From the IMG/VR virus record IMGVR_UViG_3300020045_015905, positions 1 through 38,544 of that record: a DNA stretch of 38,544 bases. One strand, written 5' to 3'. Both the position numbers and the translations under genes were made by a program. How positions within the stretch are numbered: position 1 is the first letter of the stretch; each line of letters starts with the position of its first letter. Positions 27,451 through 34,598 of the stretch are shown here, one piece after another. The DNA comes from a virus (taxonomy: Duplodnaviria; Caudoviricetes). The notes beneath the pieces were generated by a model, which was not told the DNA's origin, made no database searches, and saw only the letters and a program-made list of their open reading frames with translations.

Positions 27451-28671
27451 TCATAATTTTTTAGCAATTTTTCCTGTATATTTTTCCCAACGGGCGATGA
27501 TGACATCAACATATTTGGGGTCAAGTTCCATTCCATAGCATACTCTTTCAGCTTTCTCACAAGCGATGAGTGTGGTCCCAGACCCAAGAAAAAGATCGAG
27601 TACGATATCCTGTGGTTCAGAGCTATTTTTAATGGCTTTCAAACAGAGTTCGACAGGTTTCATGGTTGGGTGCTCCTTGCTCACAGTGGGCCGTTTTATT
27701 CGCCAGACGTCCGTTTGTTTCCTGTCCGCATGCCACTTATGAGAATCGCCTTCTTTCCACCCATACAAAATTGGGGTGCCTTCTTCTTCAGGTTCAGACT
27801 CCTCGTCCGAATTGAGCACCATAATCGGCTCAAATTGACTATGATAATCACCGCGCGACATAACGAATCTATCTTTGACCCAGATAATAACCTTGGACCA
27901 ATGCCCCCCCCCTCGGTTAAACGAGTCTTGAGTGGTTCCCCATTCTTTCGAGGACATGCAAATATACAGAGCACCATTGCAGAAAGTTAAAAGATTCACA
28001 ACGAAACCATCAACAAATTCTTTCCATTTTTCAGTATTCAATTTATCATTTTTGATTTTTCTTTTTTCACTATAATCTACATTGTAAGGCGGATCAGTAA
28101 AAACCATGTTTGCTTTCTTTCCATCCAGAAGTCTATGAACAGAGTCGTAGTCAGTACTGTCGCCACACATAATCCGGTGATTCCCAAGCTGGTAAATTTC
28201 TCCGAGCTTCGAATTTGGAATCTCAGGGATTCCAGGCACAATATCATCCGCTTCATCCGAAGAAAGAATCAAGTCCTTTTCAAACCCAGTGAGGCTTACA
28301 CTCACACCAGCAAGGTCGAGATCAAAAAGTTCCTCAGTTACCAGCTTCATATCCCATTCACTCTCGTTGAGCTTATTATCCGCAAGGCGATAGGCTTTTT
28401 CCTGTTCAGGCGTCATCTCACGAGTGTCTGGGCCACCCTGAAGCGTTTGACCTGAGTCGTTGATTATCCAGATTGGTTGTAAAATTTCTTTGTTTTGGAG
28501 CCAAGTCTCATACCGGCCGTGACCGACGATGATCACACCTTCTTTATTCACGAGAACTGGCTGTCTCCAACCCACTTCTTTGACGATTTCACAAAGGGCG
28601 TCGATTTGTTTTTGAGTGTGTTTTTTAGCATTTTTCTCGTAGGGTGAGATTACTACATGAGAAATCATCAT
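27451..28671 (-). CDS. ParB-like domain fused to a DNA N6-adenine/N4-cytosine methyltransferase
   Basis: PY..NAK.H, IIVGHGR, YRLADNKLNE; FTDPPYN, HPTMKPV, DLFLGSGTT, ELDPKY. Confidence 0.93.
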   Translation of the reverse strand: MMISHVVISPYEKNAKKHTQKQIDALCEIVKEVGWRQPVLVNKEGVIIVGHGRYETWLQNKEILQPIWIINDSGQTLQGGPDTREMTPEQEKAYRLADNKLNESEWDMKLVTEELFDLDLAGVSVSLTGFEKDLILSSDEADDIVPGIPEIPNSKLGEIYQLGNHRIMCGDSTDYDSVHRLLDGKKANMVFTDPPYNVDYSEKRKIKNDKLNTEKWKEFVDGFVVNLLTFCNGALYICMSSKEWGTTQDSFNRGGGHWSKVIIWVKDRFVMSRGDYHSQFEPIMVLNSDEESEPEEEGTPILYGWKEGDSHKWHADRKQTDVWRIKRPTVSKEHPTMKPVELCLKAIKNSSEPQDIVLDLFLGSGTTLIACEKAERVCYGMELDPKYVDVIIARWEKYTGKIAKKL

Positions 28672-28859
28672 ACAGTTTGGAGTGAATTTTTGTAACGGCG
28701 TTCAGCATTTCTTTCTCTCTGTTTAGCAATGCGCTCTTGAATTTTCTCAGAACGAGCAAACCAAGCTTTACTTTGGAATACTCCGAAAAATTTTCTGTCC
28801 TCAGCTGGTGCCTGCAATTTCCGACCCAACTTCACCTTTTGCTTGTGATTTAATTTCAT
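28668..28859 (-). CDS. Small basic hypothetical protein
   Basis: 63 aa, downstream of the promoter at 28896-28924; ATGA overlap with the methyltransferase. Confidence 0.65.
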   Translation of the reverse strand: MKLNHKQKVKLGRKLQAPAEDRKFFGVFQSKAWFARSEKIQERIAKQRERNAERRYKNSLQTV

Positions 28860-28884
28860 ATAAAAGTTCTATAAAAATAAACAA

Positions 28885-28924
28885 GGAATGTACTTATTAT
28901 AGCACATTCCCAGTGATTTGTTAA
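28885..28924 (-). promoter_or_regulatory. Sigma70 promoter with the -10 box inside an inverted repeat
   Basis: TTAACA(28924-28919)-17 nt-TATAAT(28901-28896) with extended TG; GGAATGT-N12-ACATTCC at 28885-28910. Confidence 0.7.
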
Positions 28925-29121
28925 TTATAAATTTGATCAAATTTTTCCTCAGACATGAAAGCAAAACGTATGCTGTCAATCAGTGCCAAAATCGGTGGTA
29001 TGAATGTCCAGAAAAAGAGGATATAAGCCACCCCACGACCCGGTTTATTGAGATAGAACCAATGAATACCGAGGCCACCAGTAAAGAACGCCAGCAAAAA
29101 TGCTACAAACTTATTTTTCAT
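28921..29121 (-). CDS. TM2 domain membrane protein
   Basis: KNKFVAFLLAFFTGGLGIHWFYL...G..YILFFWT.IP; start set at MKNKF. Confidence 0.9.
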   Translation of the reverse strand: MKNKFVAFLLAFFTGGLGIHWFYLNKPGRGVAYILFFWTFIPPILALIDSIRFAFMSEEKFDQIYN

Positions 29122-29141
29122 AATACATAATAAGATAAAAA

Positions 29142-29252
29142 TTAGATAAACTTTAAGATAAATATGGTTGCCCAGAACCAACAAAATGCGGCCAAGGCAA
29201 CGGTTGCCAACATCACCAAGAGAACGACAAGCCCTCTCAAGATAAAATTCAT
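29142..29252 (-). CDS. 36-aa single-pass membrane peptide
   Basis: MNFILRGLVVLLVMLATVALAAFCWFWATIFILKFI; ATGA overlap with the upstream stop. Confidence 0.55.
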   Translation of the reverse strand: MNFILRGLVVLLVMLATVALAAFCWFWATIFILKFI

Positions 29253-29659
29253 AGTACGTTATGATGAATGAATAAATTGATTTCTTCTTCTTTGGGTTTT
29301 CTTCTGCCAAATCGAAAAGAGACATTCATCATTTTCAGAAACTTTTTAAAATCGTAGTTCTTTTTGTTTGACTTTATTCTTACAGTGTCTCTATACCGTG
29401 GGAAAAGTATCAAAAGCACGAGAATACCAGTAACTGCATAGGCATGCAAAACATCCTTTGGACCTTCAGGGAAATTGAACTCAACTACCACAGAAAATGC
29501 ACCGTTGGGTTCAATAAACTTCTTTTTTCCTGCCTGAAGTATGATCGATTCACGCACCTTTTTGAAAAGCAATGCTTTTTTACTATCCGGCATTACCAAG
29601 AATTTATCAATTGTGAAGAACGGAATACGAAAATTATATTTATCGATTTTGAGTGGCAT
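29249..29659 (-). CDS. Hypothetical protein, possibly a degenerate RusA-like fold
   Basis: FSVVVEFNFPEGPKDV resembles the RusA core but lacks D-x-D-N; start set at MPLKI. Confidence 0.5.
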   Translation of the reverse strand: MPLKIDKYNFRIPFFTIDKFLVMPDSKKALLFKKVRESIILQAGKKKFIEPNGAFSVVVEFNFPEGPKDVLHAYAVTGILVLLILFPRYRDTVRIKSNKKNYDFKKFLKMMNVSFRFGRRKPKEEEINLFIHHNVL

Positions 29660-29663
29660 ATAT

Positions 29664-29936
29664 TTAAGCGTTACCGTCAGCACCTGCACCACCAGCCTTT
29701 GAAACTTTTTCAGCTTCTTCTTTGTGTCTCCTTTGAATAAAGTCGAGCCAACTCAGATTGAGTTTGAGTTTTGCTTGGCATTCACCGAGCATTTGACCAA
29801 TCTCCGGTTTTTTCTCAAAAATCATTCTACTTGATAAATATTGCTCCTCTAGTTTCAAAAAAGTGATTTGATTTTTTGTAAAAATAAGATTTTCTTCGAT
29901 TACTTCGAGCACTGTTTTTTCTTTTCTTGGTTCCAT
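29664..29936 (-). CDS. Hypothetical coiled-coil protein
   Basis: 90-aa helical ORF in operon context. Confidence 0.65.
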   Translation of the reverse strand: MEPRKEKTVLEVIEENLIFTKNQITFLKLEEQYLSSRMIFEKKPEIGQMLGECQAKLKLNLSWLDFIQRRHKEEAEKVSKAGGAGADGNA

Positions 29937-30006
29937 ATAAAATATATAAAATTAAATAAATTTGAGATACCAATATTGGTCATTTACACTTTGCTCCACC
30001 AAGTCT

Positions 30007-30240
30007 TTAATATTGATTAGATACGTAGGTTTTGAGGTTTTTGATCGCGTTTGAGTAGGCGAGTGCAGACACAGACAATTGACCACTGAAGTACGCCTCG
30101 TATTCTTTTTTTGCTTCACCGTCGAAAGTGAACTCATATAAATTATTATACCGACGTTCTGCCTTCCGAAGTATATAGCCTTGAACTTGCAAAGCTGCCG
30201 CGAGACCAATGTCTCGCACTACGAATATCTCGTCAGACAT
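30007..30240 (-). CDS. DUF5659-like small protein
   Basis: F..RDIGLAAAL...GY, F.F, Y..G.L.V....Y...IKNLK pattern. Confidence 0.7.
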   Translation of the reverse strand: MSDEIFVVRDIGLAAALQVQGYILRKAERRYNNLYEFTFDGEAKKEYEAYFSGQLSVSALAYSNAIKNLKTYVSNQY

Positions 30241-30598
30241 ACCAGTCTTTTAAATAATGTTTTGATTGGCCCTTGAGATGAGCCAGAACATCCTCGTAAG
30301 TAAAATATTTTGCAGTTCGGTTTGAGACTCTTCTGAGATTTTCAAACCAGAGCGTGCCGAGCCGTACAATGATAGCGTCTTCCATGCCCTTTTTCTCTTC
30401 GTCGTGAAGCCTCATGTGCTCTTCATGGGTCAAAGCTATTGCATTCGGCAAATACCAGCGTGTGGCCTCATTTCTGCGACCATAGAAGTGATGTATCACC
30501 GTCGCCGGGAGACCACTCAGCACTGATTTGCCATTCCACATTTCAAGGCCAATTATTTGGAACTGTTTATCCAGTTCGTGAGATTGAGAAGTGGTCAT
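30233..30598 (-). CDS. NinG/HNH-like nuclease lacking the structural cysteines
   Basis: LDK.F, HHFYGRRN.ATRW...NAIAL...EH..LH; start set at MTTSQ. Confidence 0.7.
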   Translation of the reverse strand: MTTSQSHELDKQFQIIGLEMWNGKSVLSGLPATVIHHFYGRRNEATRWYLPNAIALTHEEHMRLHDEEKKGMEDAIIVRLGTLWFENLRRVSNRTAKYFTYEDVLAHLKGQSKHYLKDWYV

Positions 30599-30599
30599 A

Positions 30600-30740
30600 T
30601 TATAGCACATTTTTGCTTTTCTTCACAGTTTTTTCAGTGGCTTTGTTTTTGCACACGCTGCAAATGGTCAAAATCGTTTCAGTGCCACACCCTGAGCATT
30701 TTCTAAACTTTGTCTTTTTCTTCGGTTGGTCGGGTTTCAT
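30600..30740 (-). CDS. Zinc-ribbon micro-protein
   Basis: CSGC-x8-CSVC; start set at MKPDQ. Confidence 0.55.
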   Translation of the reverse strand: MKPDQPKKKTKFRKCSGCGTETILTICSVCKNKATEKTVKKSKNVL

Positions 30741-31092
30741 ATTTAAGATAAAAATTGATAAGAGAAATAGCTTCGTCGGCTCCAAAACAAACCCGTGCCA
30801 CTACATTTCCGCCGACTTCATTCAATGCTTTTTGCCAAACTTTTTGACAATCAGAGACCGTTGATTTTTTCACTCGCTTGAGTTCAATGAAGAGAAGTGT
30901 GTGTTTAACGATGATCAACAAATCAGGGAGGCCAGCGCGCAAGCCACTGGCCTTGTTTTTACTCTTCTGTGCCCATGATTTTGTGTAGGTGCTATTTGGG
31001 ATTGAGGAAAATTTCAATCCTCGTCTTTCCAAATACTCAACGACTACTTTTTGCTCATCATACTCAAGTGGAACCGGACTTTTGAAGTTCAT
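30703..31092 (-). CDS. VRR-NUC domain nuclease
   Basis: E..EQ, IPN, GLRAGLPDL, FIELK, S..Q..W; start MNFKS coupled by ATGA. Confidence 0.9.
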   Translation of the reverse strand: MNFKSPVPLEYDEQKVVVEYLERRGLKFSSIPNSTYTKSWAQKSKNKASGLRAGLPDLLIIVKHTLLFIELKRVKKSTVSDCQKVWQKALNEVGGNVVARVCFGADEAISLINFYLKYETRPTEEKDKV

Positions 31093-31178
31093 AGAAAGAG
31101 GCATTTTGTACAATATTCATTTGAGACTGAAGAATTGAATGCCGGTCGTCCACAATTTCCTTTGCATTGAGTTCGCAT
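31089..31178 (-). CDS. 29-aa Cys4 micro-protein
   Basis: MRTQCKGNCGRPAFNSSVSNEYCTKCLFL; stop overlaps the VRR-NUC start (ATGA). Confidence 0.55.
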   Translation of the reverse strand: MRTQCKGNCGRPAFNSSVSNEYCTKCLFL

Positions 31179-31262
31179 ACACAAGGTTTTTAAGATTGGT
31201 GCCGGAGTTTTTTTGCCCAGTCTCCGGCGTCCAGGGTCTCCCCGCTTGTCAGGCGGTAAGAA

Positions 31263-31481
31263 TCACTGAAGAGAAACGACGTACACTTTGCTCAGCTCGC
31301 CACCCACTTCTGGAATGAAATACCGTTGCCGGCATTTCACGCACAGGAAGAAGTAACCGAGGTAGTGCCGAGTGTAGGCAATTTCATGGTAAACGCGGCC
31401 GTGGCCACATTCACAATCGAATTGCGAGTCGGCTACAATGCGACTCATCCGTTTGCCAGTAGCCTCAAGACGAGTCGCCAT
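31263..31481 (-). CDS. Zinc-ribbon protein
   Basis: CECG...CVKC; SD-like GAGAGGA and its own upstream promoter. Confidence 0.7.
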   Translation of the reverse strand: MATRLEATGKRMSRIVADSQFDCECGHGRVYHEIAYTRHYLGYFFLCVKCRQRYFIPEVGGELSKVYVVSLQ

Positions 31482-31513
31482 TTTTGTCCTCTCTTTCTAT
31501 GGTGAATACACAC

Positions 31514-31542
31514 AGTATACACCTTTTTTGACTTTTTTTCTA
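31514..31542 (-). promoter_or_regulatory. Putative sigma70 promoter
   Basis: TAGAAA-17 nt-TATACT; shares AAAAGTCAAAAA with the promoter at 34894-34922. Confidence 0.5.
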
Positions 31543-31746
31543 CTAAAATGGTGACTCTGGAGCAAATTTTTTGTGGAAAAACATTTGTGAGTTTGGATTA
31601 TATTGTTGAATTTCGACATCGACACGAGTGTCATCGAATGAAAGAAATTCAGTGGTTGATTTGTAATATACCAATTTTATTTTTTTATCCTTCGTCTGAA
31701 GTGTCACCTTGTAAGGCATGTTGTACGAAGAATAATTGTGTATCAT
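31543..31746 (-). CDS. Hypothetical protein
   Basis: 67-aa ORF, ATGA overlap with the upstream ORF. Confidence 0.55.
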   Translation of the reverse strand: MIHNYSSYNMPYKVTLQTKDKKIKLVYYKSTTEFLSFDDTRVDVEIQQYNPNSQMFFHKKFAPESPF

Positions 31747-31958
31747 ACGTTTTCAAGTTCTTTTTTCGCAGCATTATAACCTTCCGAATAAGAAAAATTC
31801 ACCAGTTCTTTCAAATGTTCATGACACAAAGTAACTTCACACACATTATTGCAAACGCTTGCGTCACCTAAAATAGCACCACAAATAACTTCCATAGAAA
31901 ACATTTTATCCCATATCAACAGCCTTCCCCAGGAAAGCTGATGACATTGGCCGATCAT
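31743..31958 (-). CDS. Small Cys-containing hypothetical protein
   Basis: ICG.......CNN....LC.EH, Y.EGY..A C-terminus; true start may be a downstream ATG. Confidence 0.55.
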   Translation of the reverse strand: MIGQCHQLSWGRLLIWDKMFSMEVICGAILGDASVCNNVCEVTLCHEHLKELVNFSYSEGYNAAKKELENV

Positions 31959-32018
31959 ATTGCGTCTTAGTAAAAAAAATTACTAGGAAACGCTGTTGAT
32001 ATAGGAATTTATTAAAAT

Positions 32019-32492
32019 TTATTTAAAAGTATTTTTACTTTCGGCATTGAGCACGAACCCATCAAGCAAACCAACGTCAATTTTTCCCTCTTTCGTTGAC
32101 TCAAAAGTAGCAGTACCAAGTTTCTTTGTTTTATTGAATCCACCAGGAAAGCCAAAGGTTCTTGAAATATACCAATCGTAATTATTCCAAAGCTTCTCAG
32201 TTCTCACTTTGATAAATTCTTTGTTTGACTCCCATGAAATGAATTTAGCGTCATGGTATTCAAGTTGCATGCCTGCGACATAGCTTGTATCAGGTTTGTC
32301 TTTTGTGCCTTGTGGGACTGCGTATACGTCTACTGTGAAGACTTGACCGACTGTAGTGGTAGATACTGAGGACATGGTGGCGAGCATGGCGGCATGACAG
32401 GGTGGTGCTATGAAAAATAAAAGTGCTACCGTAAAAATACAAACTATAAATAAAATTGTTTTTAATATGTTTAATTGTTTTTCTAATTTCAT
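32019..32492 (-). CDS. Secreted cohesin-like domain protein
   Basis: Signal peptide ending CHA-A; VGQVFTVDV, LEY, GFPGG, LGTATFESTKEG, VLNA strand pattern. Confidence 0.7.
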   Translation of the reverse strand: MKLEKQLNILKTILFIVCIFTVALLFFIAPPCHAAMLATMSSVSTTTVGQVFTVDVYAVPQGTKDKPDTSYVAGMQLEYHDAKFISWESNKEFIKVRTEKLWNNYDWYISRTFGFPGGFNKTKKLGTATFESTKEGKIDVGLLDGFVLNAESKNTFK

Positions 32493-32504
32493 AAAAGAGA
32501 AAAG

Positions 32505-32654
32505 TTAATAATCTTTTTCATTTGAGCTACAACAATTTCCAGTCATTACAATTGTTCCGTAGTGTTTATTACAATAAGCGTTTTCACAGTATGAACAATA
32601 AAGTTCTGCCACCTCTCCACAAACACAGCATATTTTGTTTTCTTCTTGTGTCAT
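32505..32654 (-). CDS. 49-aa B-box/MYND-like zinc-finger micro-protein
   Basis: MTQEENKICCVCGEVAELYCSYCENAYCNKHYGTIVMTGNCCSSNEKDY, translated by hand; ATGA-coupled. Confidence 0.7.
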   Translation of the reverse strand: MTQEENKICCVCGEVAELYCSYCENAYCNKHYGTIVMTGNCCSSNEKDY

Positions 32655-32818
32655 ACAAAATGTTTATAAATAAGTATCCCCAGCAACAATGCGACCAATC
32701 CGTAAGCAAAAAGCAATTCAGCTCTGAGCATTTCTATTTTCTTTTGTTGCCAATTTGGCAAGTCGAAACTTTTAAATTCGTCGTCCTCTTTCCAAGGACT
32801 CACTTTGTATGGGACCAT
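32651..32818 (-). CDS. 55-aa membrane micro-protein
   Basis: MVPYKVSPWKEDDEF...LLFAYGLVALLLGILIYKHFV, with an AT-rich leader. Confidence 0.6.
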   Translation of the reverse strand: MVPYKVSPWKEDDEFKSFDLPNWQQKKIEMLRAELLFAYGLVALLLGILIYKHFV

Positions 32819-32881
32819 ATAAAATAAATAAAAAGATAAAATACAACGGGTGCCTTTTAAGGTTCAAGGCTAACCAATCCG

Positions 32882-33079
32882 TCAATTCTCCATATTGACG
32901 GTGTAGCCACAATCGTGGCATTTGAAAAAGTAGTGAATATCACGACCATGGGTCGTTTCAATCGTTTTTGCGTGATCGTAGAGTTTCCCTTTCTCACACT
33001 TTGGGCAATTCGGTGACTCGGTGTCAACGAGAAGCAAGGTGAAGAAGTGGTCGACGAATACTTCCATTTGCTGAGGCAT
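32882..33079 (-). CDS. Zinc-ribbon protein
   Basis: CPKCEKG...FKCHDCGY. Confidence 0.7.
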   Translation of the reverse strand: MPQQMEVFVDHFFTLLLVDTESPNCPKCEKGKLYDHAKTIETTHGRDIHYFFKCHDCGYTVNMEN

Positions 33080-33185
33080 TTTTTACTTCTTTCTCAAGGA
33101 TAGTTCCGCAAGTTTTGCACTTGACGGTACCGTTTTGAATTACCAGATTTTGCTTCGCTCCTTCGTCACAACCGTGACATGTCAT
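33024..33185 (-). CDS. 53-aa zinc-ribbon micro-protein
   Basis: MTCHGCDEGAKQNLVIQNGTVKCKTCGTILE...; SD AAGGAG 6 nt upstream of the ATG. Confidence 0.7.
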   Translation of the reverse strand: MTCHGCDEGAKQNLVIQNGTVKCKTCGTILEKEVKNASANGSIRRPLLHLASR

Positions 33186-33187
33186 TT

Positions 33188-33401
33188 TCATCTCCTTCAT
33201 GATGTGGGCAAGGATTTGACGAGATGGAGCCCAGGCTTTGCTCCGTGGTAAAGTTGCTTCTTTACTGCCTAGCCAGTTTGTTACTCGTATATTGCATTGC
33301 AGGTGGATATTTTACGGACACAGATTTTTACGTTCCACTCCAGCTAGGTGTCTCTAGCCTTTAGCGGCTCATAGTCCGCCACCACATCATGAAAGAGATG
33401 A
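33188..33401 (-). ncRNA. Candidate multi-stem structured RNA closed by a 20-bp stem
   Basis: 33401-33382 pairs with 33207-33188 (19 Watson-Crick pairs plus one G-U on the transcribed strand), enclosing about six hairpins. Confidence 0.65.
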
Positions 33402-33533
33402 TTTTCTTTTTTCCCATGCGATCGCACAAGGCTCGCACATTCCAACACCGAACCAAAAAATCAATTGTAGACATGTCTCACAGGTGATTTGCTGAGTAAA
33501 GACTTTCCACAATAATTTTATGGTTCCCCTCAT
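33387..33533 (-). CDS. 48-aa Cys4 micro-protein
   Basis: MRGTIKLLWKVFTQQITCETCLQLIFWFGVGMCEPCAIAWEKRKSSLS; starts 2 nt after the upstream stop. Confidence 0.6.
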   Translation of the reverse strand: MRGTIKLLWKVFTQQITCETCLQLIFWFGVGMCEPCAIAWEKRKSSLS

Positions 33534-33535
33534 AG

Positions 33536-33949
33536 CTATTCAAAATCTTGGTATTTTGATTTTAAAGTATTTTTACTTTCACAAGCTGGGCATGGTATTT
33601 CTTCGATATCCGGGCCAGCATTGAACTCATGAGCGCATTCTTCACAATACCAGTTTACATGCTTGGCTCCTTTTGGAGTGACATCAGGCTTTGAAAAAGC
33701 CGAGTACGGCATTCCTTTTTTCCAACCAACCGGACGACCACGTCCAGACTTCTTTTGAGGTGTTGATTCGACACCAATCATTGCCTCTTGCGAAGACATA
33801 AGTGCCTTTGCAAGTTTTGGGCCTCGTTTTTTGCGAGGACCTGTTTTATACACAGGTATGCCCTCACTATCCAGCAATGCCTCAAGCTCTTTTTCTAGTT
33901 CATCGATTGAATGGACAAGCTCTTTTATTCTCTCGATTTTTTGATTCAT
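33536..33949 (-). CDS. Putative DNA-binding protein: coiled coil, AT-hook-like motifs, C-terminal zinc ribbon
   Basis: RKKRGPK, SGRGRPVG, CEEC...CPACES. Confidence 0.7.
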   Translation of the reverse strand: MNQKIERIKELVHSIDELEKELEALLDSEGIPVYKTGPRKKRGPKLAKALMSSQEAMIGVESTPQKKSGRGRPVGWKKGMPYSAFSKPDVTPKGAKHVNWYCEECAHEFNAGPDIEEIPCPACESKNTLKSKYQDFE

Positions 33950-33970
33950 ACACTTTAAAAATAAAACTTT

Positions 33971-34588
33971 TTAATAAACTCGGTATTTTGCTGGATTCTT
34001 TTTCACCAATGGGTCACACATCCATTCAGATTGATACCCACCCTCAATACGGGTAATGGTCCAGTTTGTTGCAGCCTCAGGGTCGAATGCCACAGAATCG
34101 GGAACCTCTTTGTGCCAGTGATTATTGATCATGAACAAACCACGGTCGACTGATGTATCTGGAAAATTTCCTTGAACATTCGTACGGGAAGCGTCAAAAA
34201 AGTCGTTTGGGTGTCTTTTGTTTTCACAGGTCGCGAGGCGGTAGAGGTAATCCGTGTATTTTACGCCTCTCTGTTTTGCCACTTTTTCAATGAGTGCCTT
34301 TACTTCGGCATTGCTCATTATGGTAATTTTCTTTGGTGCTTCTTCTACTGGGATTGATTCAGCGTGCACCGTTGGAATGATTGCCTCGATAATCTGGGTT
34401 TGCTTTGTCTTTTGTTCTTCTTTCATCGTTTCTTCAAATTTTGCGATTGAGGACATCAAATTTTTATAGGCCTCGGTATGCTTATGATCCATGTATTCAA
34501 TAGGTGGCACGGTGACGATAAGCAGTAAAATGGCAATGATATAGTTGTTCAATTTTTCCTCAAAGCGTGTTGGTTTGGTTCTTTTCAT
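33971..34588 (-). CDS. Membrane-anchored lytic transglycosylase (SLT/lysozyme-like)
   Basis: N-terminal TM; LATCEN (catalytic Glu), SVDRGLFMINNHWH, AFDPE, W.C; start set at MKRTK. Confidence 0.8.
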   Translation of the reverse strand: MKRTKPTRFEEKLNNYIIAILLLIVTVPPIEYMDHKHTEAYKNLMSSIAKFEETMKEEQKTKQTQIIEAIIPTVHAESIPVEEAPKKITIMSNAEVKALIEKVAKQRGVKYTDYLYRLATCENKRHPNDFFDASRTNVQGNFPDTSVDRGLFMINNHWHKEVPDSVAFDPEAATNWTITRIEGGYQSEWMCDPLVKKNPAKYRVY

Positions 34589-34598
34589 AAAGGTGGGA

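Noticed and set aside
27696-27977. Second nested same-strand ORF inside the ParB-methyltransferase
   Set aside because: Only 93 aa, no recognisable motif and no precedent known to me; compatible with chance.
30599-30612. AATGTGCTATAATA, shared with the 28896 promoter, as a promoter for the NinG-like gene
   Set aside because: The ATG follows the -10 hexamer immediately and the -35 is poor, so it could not transcribe that start; function unclear.
31197-31262. Full tRNA gene or hammerhead ribozyme
   Set aside because: Only an acceptor-like stem with no TTC arm or anticodon arm; CUGACAA deviates from CUGANGA and there is no GAAA core.
33188-33401. Retron msr-msd, group I/II intron or MITE reading of the structured element
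   Set aside because: No reverse transcriptase or transposase in the window, no group II domain V or group I core recognised, no target-site duplication seen; the G-U-compatible mismatch favours RNA-level pairing.
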